A stretch of DNA of 64,000 nt. It comes from Blastocatellia bacterium (GTDB lineage Bacteria; Acidobacteriota; Blastocatellia; UBA7656). This document shows positions 10,046 to 18,531 of this stretch, piece after piece (within the stretch, counting starts at the first letter, position 1; each line of letters opens with the position of its first letter). The stretch spans positions 44,825 through 108,824 of the forward strand of contig DATFXM010000194.1 of assembly GCA_035315885.1 (NCBI GenBank), read 5' to 3'. Under the pieces are notes generated by a model. That model saw only the letters and a list, made by a program, of their open reading frames with translations, ran no database searches and was not told where the DNA came from. The position numbers and the translations under genes are program-made.

Positions 10046-11701
10046 CTATTCGTGTTTGGCATCGCCAATGCGCGACGAAGCCCTGGTCCGCACGAAGTCT
10101 TCCACCAGCTCTTTCGCGCGCGGGATCTCGCTTATCCCTCGAAGGAATTGCGCGTCGCCTTCGTTCAACACGCCGCGGGCCACCTCCTGCCCAAAAGCCG
10201 CGGTGGCAACCTCGAAGCGAATCTGACGCTTCAACCACGCAGCATCCTTGTCGACTTTGGTCTCGTCCATCTTGAGATCTTTGTGCTCGCGCAGGAAGGT
10301 CTTGAACGCCGTAAGCACTTTGTCGTCGACCGGGAAATCGCTCGGCGCCAGACGGTGAAAATGATTGGCGGTTTTGTCGATTCTAAAGGCTGCAAAGCCC
10401 GGAACCTGACCCGCGACTAGCGACCTGGTGAACTGGAACACCGGTTCAATCCAAACTCGCTGAAGCTCGAACTCGTGAGCGGGAATCTTTACCGAAACGT
10501 CCGGAGCGATTCCGCCTCCGCCATAAACGGTGCGGCCGTTGTCGGTGTGACGCTCGTCGCCCTTCTGGACTGCTGCCTTATCTCCTCGGCGCAGGTAGTA
10601 GTCATAGAATGAACGCCCGCTATAGTCGCGCTGAATCAGACGGCCGCTCGGAGTGTAGAAATGCCCGGTCGTTAGCGTCAACCCTGAACCATCCTTGAGC
10701 GTGAACACGCTCTGAACGAGGCCCTTGCCGAAGCTGTTTTCCCCTACGATTCTTGCGCGGTCGTGATCCTGAAGCGCCCCCGCAACAATTTCCGAAGCAG
10801 AAGCCGACCCCCGATTGATCAGCACTACAAGAGGATACTCTTCCGGATTGGTGTTGTTGGCTGCCGCCTCGCGAGTCGGAAGCACGTTTGGCCTCCCGCG
10901 AAGAGTTACGATCTTCTGTCCGCGGAACAGGAACAGGTTGGCGATACGCTGCGCCTGGTCTACCAGACCGCCTCGGTTATCCCTGAGATCCACGATCAGG
11001 GAAGTCATGCCCTGCTTTTTCAGATCCTCCATCGCCTCCATCATCTCGCGATAGGTGGTCGTGTTGAATCCGCGATTCAGGTTTATGTAGCCGATCCCTC
11101 CGGGCAGCGTGTAGTAGTTGGTTATCGAGGGCAGCGGAACAGTCTCGCGTACCAGTTTGTACTCAACCGGCTCGCTTACCCCGAGCCGCCCGACCTTCAC
11201 GGTCACCGGCGTTCCTTCCGCCCCGATGAGTTTGTTGGAGACCTGAGTAGATGACCAGCCTTCGGTGGAGTCGCCGTTGATCGCGACGATCTGGTCGCCA
11301 TAGCGGATGCCCGCCCGATGAGCGGGGGTTCCGTTGAAGGGCGACATTATATACACCTTGCCGTTTCGTCCGGCGATCGTGGCGCCGATGCCCGAGTAAC
11401 GGCTTTGCTGGTCGTTTTGAAAAGTCTCCCACTCTTTGGCGTCGAAGAAGTTCGAATGCGGGTCAAGCGTACGAAGCATGCCGCTGATCGAGGACTTAGT
11501 CAGGCGGTCGTAATCGATGTCCCCCGCAAAATGATCCTTTGCCACGAGGACGGCCTGAAAGAAATCATCCGCGATTTTCTTCCTGGCGGCCACATCGTCT
11601 TCGCCCTGTGAGGAAAAACGCTGGCCCGGATGTGCACCTGCAAAGGTAACCGGCAGCACCAGCGCCAGAACCAAAAATAGATATCGTTTGGATGTTCTCA
11701 T
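10046..11701 (-). CDS. Carboxyl-terminal processing protease (S41 family, tail-specific protease)
   Basis: Signal peptide MRTSKRYLFLVLALVLPVTFA; PDZ region; S41 catalytic block GSASASEIVAGALQD...SFGKG. Start trimmed from the ORF-track 11743 to 11701. Confidence 0.85.
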   Translation of the reverse strand: MRTSKRYLFLVLALVLPVTFAGAHPGQRFSSQGEDDVAARKKIADDFFQAVLVAKDHFAGDIDYDRLTKSSISGMLRTLDPHSNFFDAKEWETFQNDQQSRYSGIGATIAGRNGKVYIMSPFNGTPAHRAGIRYGDQIVAINGDSTEGWSSTQVSNKLIGAEGTPVTVKVGRLGVSEPVEYKLVRETVPLPSITNYYTLPGGIGYINLNRGFNTTTYREMMEAMEDLKKQGMTSLIVDLRDNRGGLVDQAQRIANLFLFRGQKIVTLRGRPNVLPTREAAANNTNPEEYPLVVLINRGSASASEIVAGALQDHDRARIVGENSFGKGLVQSVFTLKDGSGLTLTTGHFYTPSGRLIQRDYSGRSFYDYYLRRGDKAAVQKGDERHTDNGRTVYGGGGIAPDVSVKIPAHEFELQRVWIEPVFQFTRSLVAGQVPGFAAFRIDKTANHFHRLAPSDFPVDDKVLTAFKTFLREHKDLKMDETKVDKDAAWLKRQIRFEVATAAFGQEVARGVLNEGDAQFLRGISEIPRAKELVEDFVRTRASSRIGDAKHE

Positions 11702-11845
11702 CGTGACTAAGGCACTCCTCCGAACGGGTTGCTGATGTTCCATCTAACCCATCGCACCACTACGGGTCCTGCACCGGGTGGAACTGAATCCGCCAGCGAC
11801 AAGCTTGGGACAAGTCTAGCGGAAAGCACTCCCCAAGACAACACT

Positions 11846-12009
11846 ACTGAGTTCCGAGTACGCAGTAGGCAGTACGCAGTAGGCAGTAGGCAGTACGCAA
11901 TAGGCGTAGGCAGTAGGCTGCCTACTGCCTACTTCCTCTTTCCCCTTTCACGTTTTACTATTCCTCCGGGGTTCCGGTACTCAGGACTCAGAACTCAGAA
12001 CTCAGAACT
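11846..12009. repeat. Hairpin element 3 (two-tier): outer arms ACTGAGTTCCGAGTAC / GGTACTCAGGACTCAGAACTCAGAACTCAGAAC; inner arms (GCAGTAG/GCAGTAC)x8 / CTGCCTACTGCCTAC
   Basis: Nested inverted heptamer arrays read directly. Intergenic between ctpA and thiolase. Confidence 0.8.
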
Positions 12010-12035
12010 TCCAACCCCGGGGGAGAGAATCGAAA

Positions 12036-13232
12036 ATGCCATCAACCAACAAATCATCCGAGGTGCTCATAATCGGCGGCGCCAGAACGCCAATGGCTGA
12101 GTACGGGGGCGCGCTCCGCGACCTCACTGCCAACAAGCTGGGCGCGATAGCAGCTCGTGGAGCCTTTGAAAAGACGGGTGTCGCGCCCGACAGAGTCGAC
12201 CATACCGTGATGGGCAACGCTATGCAGACGTCCGGGGACGCCATCTACGGCGCTCGCCACGTGGCGCTCAAAGCGGGAGTGCCCATCGACCGGCCAGCCC
12301 TTACCGTAAACCGTCTATGCGGGTCCGGAATTCAATCGCTAATCTCCGGCGCGCAGATGATTCAACTTGGAGAGGCCGAGATCGTGCTCGCTGGAGGCAT
12401 GGAATCAATGAGCCAGGCGCCGCACGTGATTCGCGGCGCTCGCTGGGGACTCAAGCTGGGCGAAGGAAAACTTGAAGATTCCTTGATGGTCTCGTTGATG
12501 GACTCCTACTGCGGGTTCTACATGGCTCAGACCGCCGAGAACCTGGCGCGAAAGTTTGAAATCTCTCGTGAAGAGCAGGACTCCTTCGCGATGCTCAGCC
12601 AGACGCGCGCCGCAGCGGCCTGGGAAGCCGGGGGGTTCGCCGATGAAGTGGTGCCAGTTGAAATCCAATCCCGAAAAGGCTCGACATCATTCAGCAAGGA
12701 CGATCATCTAAGACCAGATACGACTTTGGAAGGACTCGCAAAACTGCGACCGGCCTTCTCCAAGGACGGATTTGTGACCGCAGGCAATGCCTCCGGTATT
12801 GTTGACGGCGCCGCCGCCTTGATCATCGCCGGCGACCACGCCGCTCGAAGCCTCGAGACAAAACCGCTCGGCCGCATAGTGTCCTGGGCAGTTGCAGGAG
12901 TGCCTCCTGAAATCATGGGAATTGGGCCTGTTCCCTCCTCACAGAAGGCGCTCGACAAAGCCGGGCTGAGGCTCTCCGACATCGACCTGGTAGAAGTGAA
13001 CGAGGCTTTCGCCGGACAATACCTGGCGGTCGAACGAGAACTGAACCTGGATCGCGAGCGTACCAACGTCAACGGTGGAGCGATTGCGCTCGGCCATCCG
13101 TTGGGTGCATCGGGAACGCGTCTCGTTTTGACGTTGCTGCACGAACTTCGGCGGCGTGGGAAAAGATACGGTCTGGCGACTGCATGCATAGGAGGTGGTC
13201 AAGGCATCGCAATGATCGTCGAAGCTCTTTGA
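12036..13232 (+). CDS. Acetyl-CoA C-acetyltransferase (thiolase II)
   Basis: 398 aa; active-site Cys in NRLCGSGIQS; C-terminal GHPLGASG and CIGGGQG thiolase signatures. Confidence 0.92.
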   Translation: MPSTNKSSEVLIIGGARTPMAEYGGALRDLTANKLGAIAARGAFEKTGVAPDRVDHTVMGNAMQTSGDAIYGARHVALKAGVPIDRPALTVNRLCGSGIQSLISGAQMIQLGEAEIVLAGGMESMSQAPHVIRGARWGLKLGEGKLEDSLMVSLMDSYCGFYMAQTAENLARKFEISREEQDSFAMLSQTRAAAAWEAGGFADEVVPVEIQSRKGSTSFSKDDHLRPDTTLEGLAKLRPAFSKDGFVTAGNASGIVDGAAALIIAGDHAARSLETKPLGRIVSWAVAGVPPEIMGIGPVPSSQKALDKAGLRLSDIDLVEVNEAFAGQYLAVERELNLDRERTNVNGGAIALGHPLGASGTRLVLTLLHELRRRGKRYGLATACIGGGQGIAMIVEAL

Positions 13233-13240
13233 ACAGTAAG

Positions 13241-13337
13241 TACTGAGTTCTGATTCCTGAGTGATAAACCACCTCTCTCGGCTACTTAGTTTTCAGAACT
13301 CAGGACTCAGAAACTTAGAACTCAGGACTCAGAAACT
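13241..13337. repeat. Hairpin element 4: TACTGAGTTCTGATTCCTGAGTG ... AGAACTCAGGACTCAGAAACTTAGAACTCAGGACTCAGAAAC
   Basis: CTGAGTN-heptamer-based inverted arms. Lies between the thiolase stop and the rhomboid start. Confidence 0.75.
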
Positions 13338-13339
13338 CC

Positions 13340-14341
13340 GTGATCTCCTTGTCAAATCAACCTCAGACTACGAAACCCGAATTCAGAACCTGTCAGTCGT
13401 GCGGTAACTCAACGCCCGCAGATGAACCTTTGTGTGCGTACTGTGGTCAGCCTTCCGCCGAGGCGATTGCAGCTCATGAGGAGGAGTTCGCTACCAGACA
13501 ATTTGTGATTGCGTTGGTGGCTCGGGCGAATCCGTTCACGATGATATTGATAGGAGCGAATGTGGCCATATTTCTCGTCGAGTGGGTGTACGGCGGAATG
13601 GGTATTATGTCGACCGATGTCCGGGTCCTGGTGGCGCTCGGGGCCAAGCAGAACGCGCTGGTGATTGGCGGGCTTCAGTACTGGCGGCTGATTACCTGTA
13701 TGTTCCTGCACATCGGCTTCCTTCATCTGCTGTTCAATAATTACGCGCTGTGGATCATCGGACAGGAGATTGAGAAGCTCTACGGTTCGGCGAGATTCGT
13801 AGTCCTCTACGTGGTCACCGGTGTTCTCGCGTCGGTATGCAGCCTGGTCCTGAGTCCCGAAGCCGTCTCGGCGGGAGCCTCGGGAGCGATATTCGGCCTT
13901 TTTGGTGTGCTGGGAACCTTCGCGTTCAGGTACCGCCGCGAGATCCCGAGTACAATCGGCAAAAGCATTCGCAGCCGCGTTCTTCCGATAATTGCACTGA
14001 ATCTTTTCATCGGATTTCAGACCGGGATTGTAGACAACGCCGCGCACGTAGGCGGCCTCGTCTCAGGGGTGATATTGGCTCTCGTAGTCCCTTACAAACG
14101 GCTGGACGAGCGAGAGACCCCGATTTTCTGGCGTTCGTTGCAAATCGCCTGTTTGACCGCGGTGGCGCTTTCGTTGATTCTGGCCTTTCGCAACTTCGCC
14201 GTCTTCCAATCCGTCAGAAACGGGCGGCCTCGTACAGTTTCCCGCTCAATTTTCGATACGACGGGCATGGCCGTACCGGCCGCAAGTCGCATCCAAATTA
14301 CTTCTTCTGCAAGTTCGGATGTTCGCTGTATTATTGTTTGA
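13340..14341 (+). CDS. Rhomboid-family intramembrane serine protease with N-terminal zinc ribbon
   Basis: N-terminal CQSCG..(12)..CAYCG zinc ribbon; rhomboid core with GASGAIFG (catalytic Ser) and AHVGG (His) in TM helices. Start (GTG at 13340) is uncertain. Confidence 0.8.
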   Translation: MISLSNQPQTTKPEFRTCQSCGNSTPADEPLCAYCGQPSAEAIAAHEEEFATRQFVIALVARANPFTMILIGANVAIFLVEWVYGGMGIMSTDVRVLVALGAKQNALVIGGLQYWRLITCMFLHIGFLHLLFNNYALWIIGQEIEKLYGSARFVVLYVVTGVLASVCSLVLSPEAVSAGASGAIFGLFGVLGTFAFRYRREIPSTIGKSIRSRVLPIIALNLFIGFQTGIVDNAAHVGGLVSGVILALVVPYKRLDERETPIFWRSLQIACLTAVALSLILAFRNFAVFQSVRNGRPRTVSRSIFDTTGMAVPAASRIQITSSASSDVRCIIV

Positions 14342-14370
14342 TACTGTCACGAAGTGGGGCGATCCAGAGT

Positions 14371-15960
14371 ATGAGTCGACTGATGTTCGTTTACCTTTCC
14401 GGTTCCGAGAAGGGTAAGACCAGAATATACAAGCAGGACCGCGTGACTTTGGGGACGGCCGACTCGTGCGACCTCAAGCTTGTACCGAATGAGGGCGGCG
14501 AGCTGCCCGAAGGGGTTCTGGCCGAAGTCTACGAAGACAATGACGTCTTTCATCTGGTACCAAAGAACGACGACTCATTGAACATCACCGTCAACGGCGA
14601 GTCGGTCAACGGCGCACAGAAGATAGGTTACCCGCCGGGCCATGAACTCCGCGATGGAGACACGATTCAGTTCGGCCACGGCCGTTCGACCGCGAGCGTC
14701 TTGTTTCAGGTGATGCCTGAAAACTTCAGCACCGCGAGCCTCGCCCGCCGTGAGACCGAGCTCGAACACCAGGCCGCGCAACCCGTCCATCCTCTCACCG
14801 CGACCCTCTTCGTAAAGGAATTGAGCGCCAGTCTTTGGGCGGAGATTCCTCAACGGGCCAAGCGAATCAGTCTCGCGATCGTAGCGGTGACGATTGCAGT
14901 GGCGTTTCTAGTGCTGGCAATCGGCCTCATAACGCTGATTCGGAATACCAACAAAACCGATCGGCTCGCCGAACAGATCTACTCCGTGCAGAAACGCAGG
15001 GACCAGGACCAGGAGACGATCAAACAACAGCAGGAGGAAATCGAGAGACTCAGGGAGCTTAGCGATCAGACAAGACGATACCCTCAGAAGATCGCCGAGG
15101 TTTATAGCCCAGGCGTCTGCCTCATCGTCGGGAGCTATTCCTTTGTAGAGCGCGGCTCTGGCCGAGTGCTCCGCTATGAAACCGCTGACAATACAAACGA
15201 CGTCCCGGTAGACAAGAACGGGAACCTTCAAGCTTCGGTGGATGGCGCGGGCCCAGCCGTCCAAATCGACTACACCGGTACCGGTTTTGTCATCGATATC
15301 GGAATCATTGCGACCAACAAACATGTGGTTCAGCCGTGGGCTACCGATCAGCTCGCGCGGCTGATTTTGCGACAAGGCGGGGGCCTCGTTCCGAGGATGG
15401 ACGCGTTGCAGGCCTTTTTCCCGTCGATCAAGTCTCCGTTTGATCTGAAAGTGGCAGCCACCTCGGTAGGCTACGATGTCGCACTCTGCAGGTTTGAACC
15501 GCCGGCCTCCCCGCTCCCGGTCTGCCCGATGAGCGAAGCGGACCCCATCTCGATCATCGGCGAGCCCGTGGTTTTACTCGGTTATCCCACTGGAGTGGAC
15601 GGGCTGCTTCAGCGAATCGATGAAAACGAGCGGAGAGAGGCGATGCGAGGGCACGACATGGCGGCTCCAAGCGTGGCGGCGGCGCTGGCATCCCGGAATC
15701 TGATAAGGCCGCTGACCACCACCGGCACGGTGAGCGACGCCCTTCCCGGCCGGATAGTGCATACCGGTCAGACTACGGAAGGCGGTTCTGGCAGTCCGAT
15801 CTTCGATCGGGAAGGTCGCGTAATTGCTGTTAACTCGGCGGTGCTTGCGTCTGTCGACGGCGGCCAGAGCTTTGGCGGTTCGAATTTCGCGGTGCCGATC
15901 AAACCGGCATCCGAGCTGCTGAAGAATTATGACAAAGATAAGGCCAAAGTGATGCCGTAG
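14371..15960 (+). CDS. FHA domain - TM - trypsin-like (S1) serine protease
   Basis: FHA-like N-terminus (RVTLGTADSCDLKL..ITVNGESV..DGDTIQFG), one TM helix (LAIVAVTIAVAFLVLAIGLI), coiled coil, S1 triad TNKHVV / YDVAL / GGSGSPIF. The ORF-track upstream extension from 13837 overlaps the rhomboid gene and was rejected. Confidence 0.8.
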   Translation: MSRLMFVYLSGSEKGKTRIYKQDRVTLGTADSCDLKLVPNEGGELPEGVLAEVYEDNDVFHLVPKNDDSLNITVNGESVNGAQKIGYPPGHELRDGDTIQFGHGRSTASVLFQVMPENFSTASLARRETELEHQAAQPVHPLTATLFVKELSASLWAEIPQRAKRISLAIVAVTIAVAFLVLAIGLITLIRNTNKTDRLAEQIYSVQKRRDQDQETIKQQQEEIERLRELSDQTRRYPQKIAEVYSPGVCLIVGSYSFVERGSGRVLRYETADNTNDVPVDKNGNLQASVDGAGPAVQIDYTGTGFVIDIGIIATNKHVVQPWATDQLARLILRQGGGLVPRMDALQAFFPSIKSPFDLKVAATSVGYDVALCRFEPPASPLPVCPMSEADPISIIGEPVVLLGYPTGVDGLLQRIDENERREAMRGHDMAAPSVAAALASRNLIRPLTTTGTVSDALPGRIVHTGQTTEGGSGSPIFDREGRVIAVNSAVLASVDGGQSFGGSNFAVPIKPASELLKNYDKDKAKVMP

Positions 15961-15968
15961 CTCCGGTG

Positions 15969-16400
15969 TCAGTTCCTATTGCCTACAGTCGCGATCTCCA
16001 CCCCATCGAACCTCAGCAGTTCGTCTTCCTTGGCCTGCTGCGGGACGACTTCGAACACCACGTGATCAAATTTGCCGTGGCCTCGATAGAATGACGTCTT
16101 GAATCCGCGGCCGTTGGTGAACTCGATCAACTGAACACCCCACTTTCCCGGCGCTGCATTCTCCGGAATGACAACCGATACCTCGTAGATGCCCTCTTGC
16201 GGGGGGGCCTCTCGGGGTGTCAAGTGAACTTCGCCGGTCGCCATCTTTGCGCGCGTGGAACTTGTCATGCTGAATTGAAAGCACTGAACGTAGATTCGGC
16301 CGATTCCACTGGGATCGTAGGCACTCAATCGGAACGTCACCCGAGCACCTGCAGTCACTCGCAATTCTTCCGAGTCATTGCCCACTATGCTGATAGACAT
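15969..16400 (-). CDS. Hypothetical protein (beta-rich, ~144 aa; start chosen at MSISIV with upstream AAGGAG)
   Basis: ORF with good RBS spacing (aaggagaaaggtgtaATG). No recognisable motifs. Confidence 0.4.
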   Translation of the reverse strand: MSISIVGNDSEELRVTAGARVTFRLSAYDPSGIGRIYVQCFQFSMTSSTRAKMATGEVHLTPREAPPQEGIYEVSVVIPENAAPGKWGVQLIEFTNGRGFKTSFYRGHGKFDHVVFEVVPQQAKEDELLRFDGVEIATVGNRN

Positions 16401-16553
16401 TACACCTTTCTCCTTGTCCATTGTCAGTGAGGCTTGGATTGCCGGGCAAAGTACGGTGGGGCGCTGATTTGTTTCTTGTCGGCGTCGATAATAAGCGGGC
16501 TCGGAAGCGGCGTCAAGAGTCCGCTTCTTCAACCAAGCCATACCCTTGTCGGG

Positions 16554-18413
16554 TCACTGTTTTTGTCCAAAAGGCTTCTCCTTACCCTCGAGAGCCTCTT
16601 TGTAAGCGCCGTTCGGAACAGGACCCAGCGCAATCGCCTTGTCGTATTCGGCGACCGCATCTTCGCGAAACTCCTGGAAATCGAGAATTCGCCCCAGATA
16701 AACATGGCTCCATTGAATCAACCAGGCTTCACCGTCGTGAGAAGCATTTGCTATCGCCTTGCGATAGAGCTTGATCGCCGATTCAAGACGATCGTGTTGA
16801 GCCTGAATCTTGTCGTTCTCATCGGCTTTGTCGTTCTGCTCAATCGCCGTTGGAGTCTGCGTGACCACCTGCGCCAGACCGTAGAGAGCACGCGCGTTGT
16901 TCGGATCGGACCTTAGCACCTCATCGAGTATCGGCCGAGCGTCGCTGAATCGCCGCTGCCGAATAAGATCGTCGGAAAGTAGGATCTTCTGGGATACGGT
17001 GTTGACGGCCGCATCGCCCGCTGCACTAACCGGGGTCTTGGCTCCCTTTGCTCGCCGCTCTGAAACTCGAGCCACCACTGGCTCGAAGTCCTTCGCCCGA
17101 GTCGCCTCACGATCGAACTTTATGGTAGCCATCAACTGATCGAAAAAGTCGTCCAGCTTGATGCCGACCTTCTCCAGACCGATCAGCGAGTCGTAAAAAT
17201 GAAACGACAACACCGCTCCGCGCAGGTAAGCCTGCGCCAGATCGAACGTGGCGTCATCGTCGCCATAAGCGCCCTTCGGCCCTGATTGGATGCGTTTGAG
17301 TCGAGACTCCGCTGCCTGTGCCAGCGATTCGCGGATCATCAAATAGACGCTGGACGTGTATTGCTTGGACGCCGTCGGAACGTTACTCGCCAGCTTCACC
17401 AGGTCTTCCTTGTACTCCAGCGCCAGCTTCAGATTCCGTTCTATCAATGGGTCAATGACAAATCGAATCAACGCCTGCCGAATCGGTTCAAGCGTGAGCG
17501 TGCGCGAAGGACCGAGGATCACGATGTAATCGTCTCCGACTCGACGAAACAGCAGGTCTTCCTTTTGATTCAACACATCGCCTCTTACGATGGCGGTGTT
17601 CATTGGGCCAAGCGGATCGGGAATGATAAACACCTGGCGAGTTCGATTCCTCGCGACGATCGTGGCCTTCTGCTCTCGCTTTTTGGTCTCCCCATCAGTG
17701 ACCACGAGGGGTTTCATGTTCACAACTGTCTGGGGCGCCGTGTGAAAGTACTCGAGGACCTGGTAGATCAACTGGCCCACCGCGCGGTGGTATGCTCCGG
17801 CGTAGGCGTCGGAAATCCTGGTGTACTTCGGAATGAGCTCCCTGACACCGCTGCTCACGTAGAACTCTCGCACGAGAGGAACAAACTGGGCCAATGGCTC
17901 GAGGTCTTCGGGCAGCGCCTGGTCCGACGGCAGATTGAGGCTGAAGCCCGGAGGAGGAGTCATGAGCAGACTCAAAGCCGCGTAACGCGATGCGTCCGCC
18001 GCCTCGTCAATGCCCTGACGTCGATGAGACTTGTAGAAGTCAGCCAGTTTGGCTTTTATCCCGGGATCGAGCCTGGATAGATCTTTCCTGAGCTCGACGC
18101 GCGCGGGAGACATAGACTCGCCCGCCGGTTCGTAGTCAAAGCCGGCCGCGTTCAAGGCCGCCATGACCACGAACATACGCTGGTCCGATTCCAGGTGAAC
18201 GTTCACATCGGCGGGTGACACAAACTCTCGATCGTCAGCTCGCGCCGCAGGTGGCCGCGTTGTTCCAGAAGGCGTCTGCGCCGCCCCGGACGGTTTAGGA
18301 TCGGAAGTTCTTTCAACTTTTGTTTCGGGTTTGCCGGATGACGGCTGCTGCCGTGCGACGGTGGCAAAACAAATAGAGAAACAGAGAAAAACAACCAGCG
18401 CTGACTTCCGCAT
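16554..18413 (-). CDS. Secreted TPR-repeat protein
   Basis: Signal peptide MRKSALVVFLCFSICFATVA; C-terminal ~180 aa with TPR-like repeats (ARALYGLAQV.., AIKLYRKAI.., AVAEYDKAIAL). Confidence 0.7.
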   Translation of the reverse strand: MRKSALVVFLCFSICFATVARQQPSSGKPETKVERTSDPKPSGAAQTPSGTTRPPAARADDREFVSPADVNVHLESDQRMFVVMAALNAAGFDYEPAGESMSPARVELRKDLSRLDPGIKAKLADFYKSHRRQGIDEAADASRYAALSLLMTPPPGFSLNLPSDQALPEDLEPLAQFVPLVREFYVSSGVRELIPKYTRISDAYAGAYHRAVGQLIYQVLEYFHTAPQTVVNMKPLVVTDGETKKREQKATIVARNRTRQVFIIPDPLGPMNTAIVRGDVLNQKEDLLFRRVGDDYIVILGPSRTLTLEPIRQALIRFVIDPLIERNLKLALEYKEDLVKLASNVPTASKQYTSSVYLMIRESLAQAAESRLKRIQSGPKGAYGDDDATFDLAQAYLRGAVLSFHFYDSLIGLEKVGIKLDDFFDQLMATIKFDREATRAKDFEPVVARVSERRAKGAKTPVSAAGDAAVNTVSQKILLSDDLIRQRRFSDARPILDEVLRSDPNNARALYGLAQVVTQTPTAIEQNDKADENDKIQAQHDRLESAIKLYRKAIANASHDGEAWLIQWSHVYLGRILDFQEFREDAVAEYDKAIALGPVPNGAYKEALEGKEKPFGQKQ

Positions 18414-18465
18414 AGGACAAAAGATAGCTACGGCATTAAACACGGGTCAAGGAAACTTGTAGAGG

Positions 18466-18527
18466 GCTGAGTGCTGAGTCCCGAGTTCAACCCTTTTGGC
18501 GTTACCCACCAACCAGCACTCAGCACT
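18466..18527. repeat. Hairpin element 5 (shortest): GCTGAGTGCTGAGTCCCGAG - 25-nt core - CAGCACTCAGCAC
   Basis: Same arm sequence as elements 2 and 6. Ends 5 nt before the P5CDH stop codon. Confidence 0.75.
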
Positions 18528-18531
18528 TCCT

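Noticed and set aside
13837-15960. 707-aa ORF-track call extending the FHA-protease gene 530 bp upstream
   Set aside because: The upstream extension overlaps the rhomboid gene in another frame and is Arg/Pro-rich nonsense. A start at 14371 (MSRLMFVYLSG) gives a clean FHA N-terminus 30 bp after the rhomboid stop.
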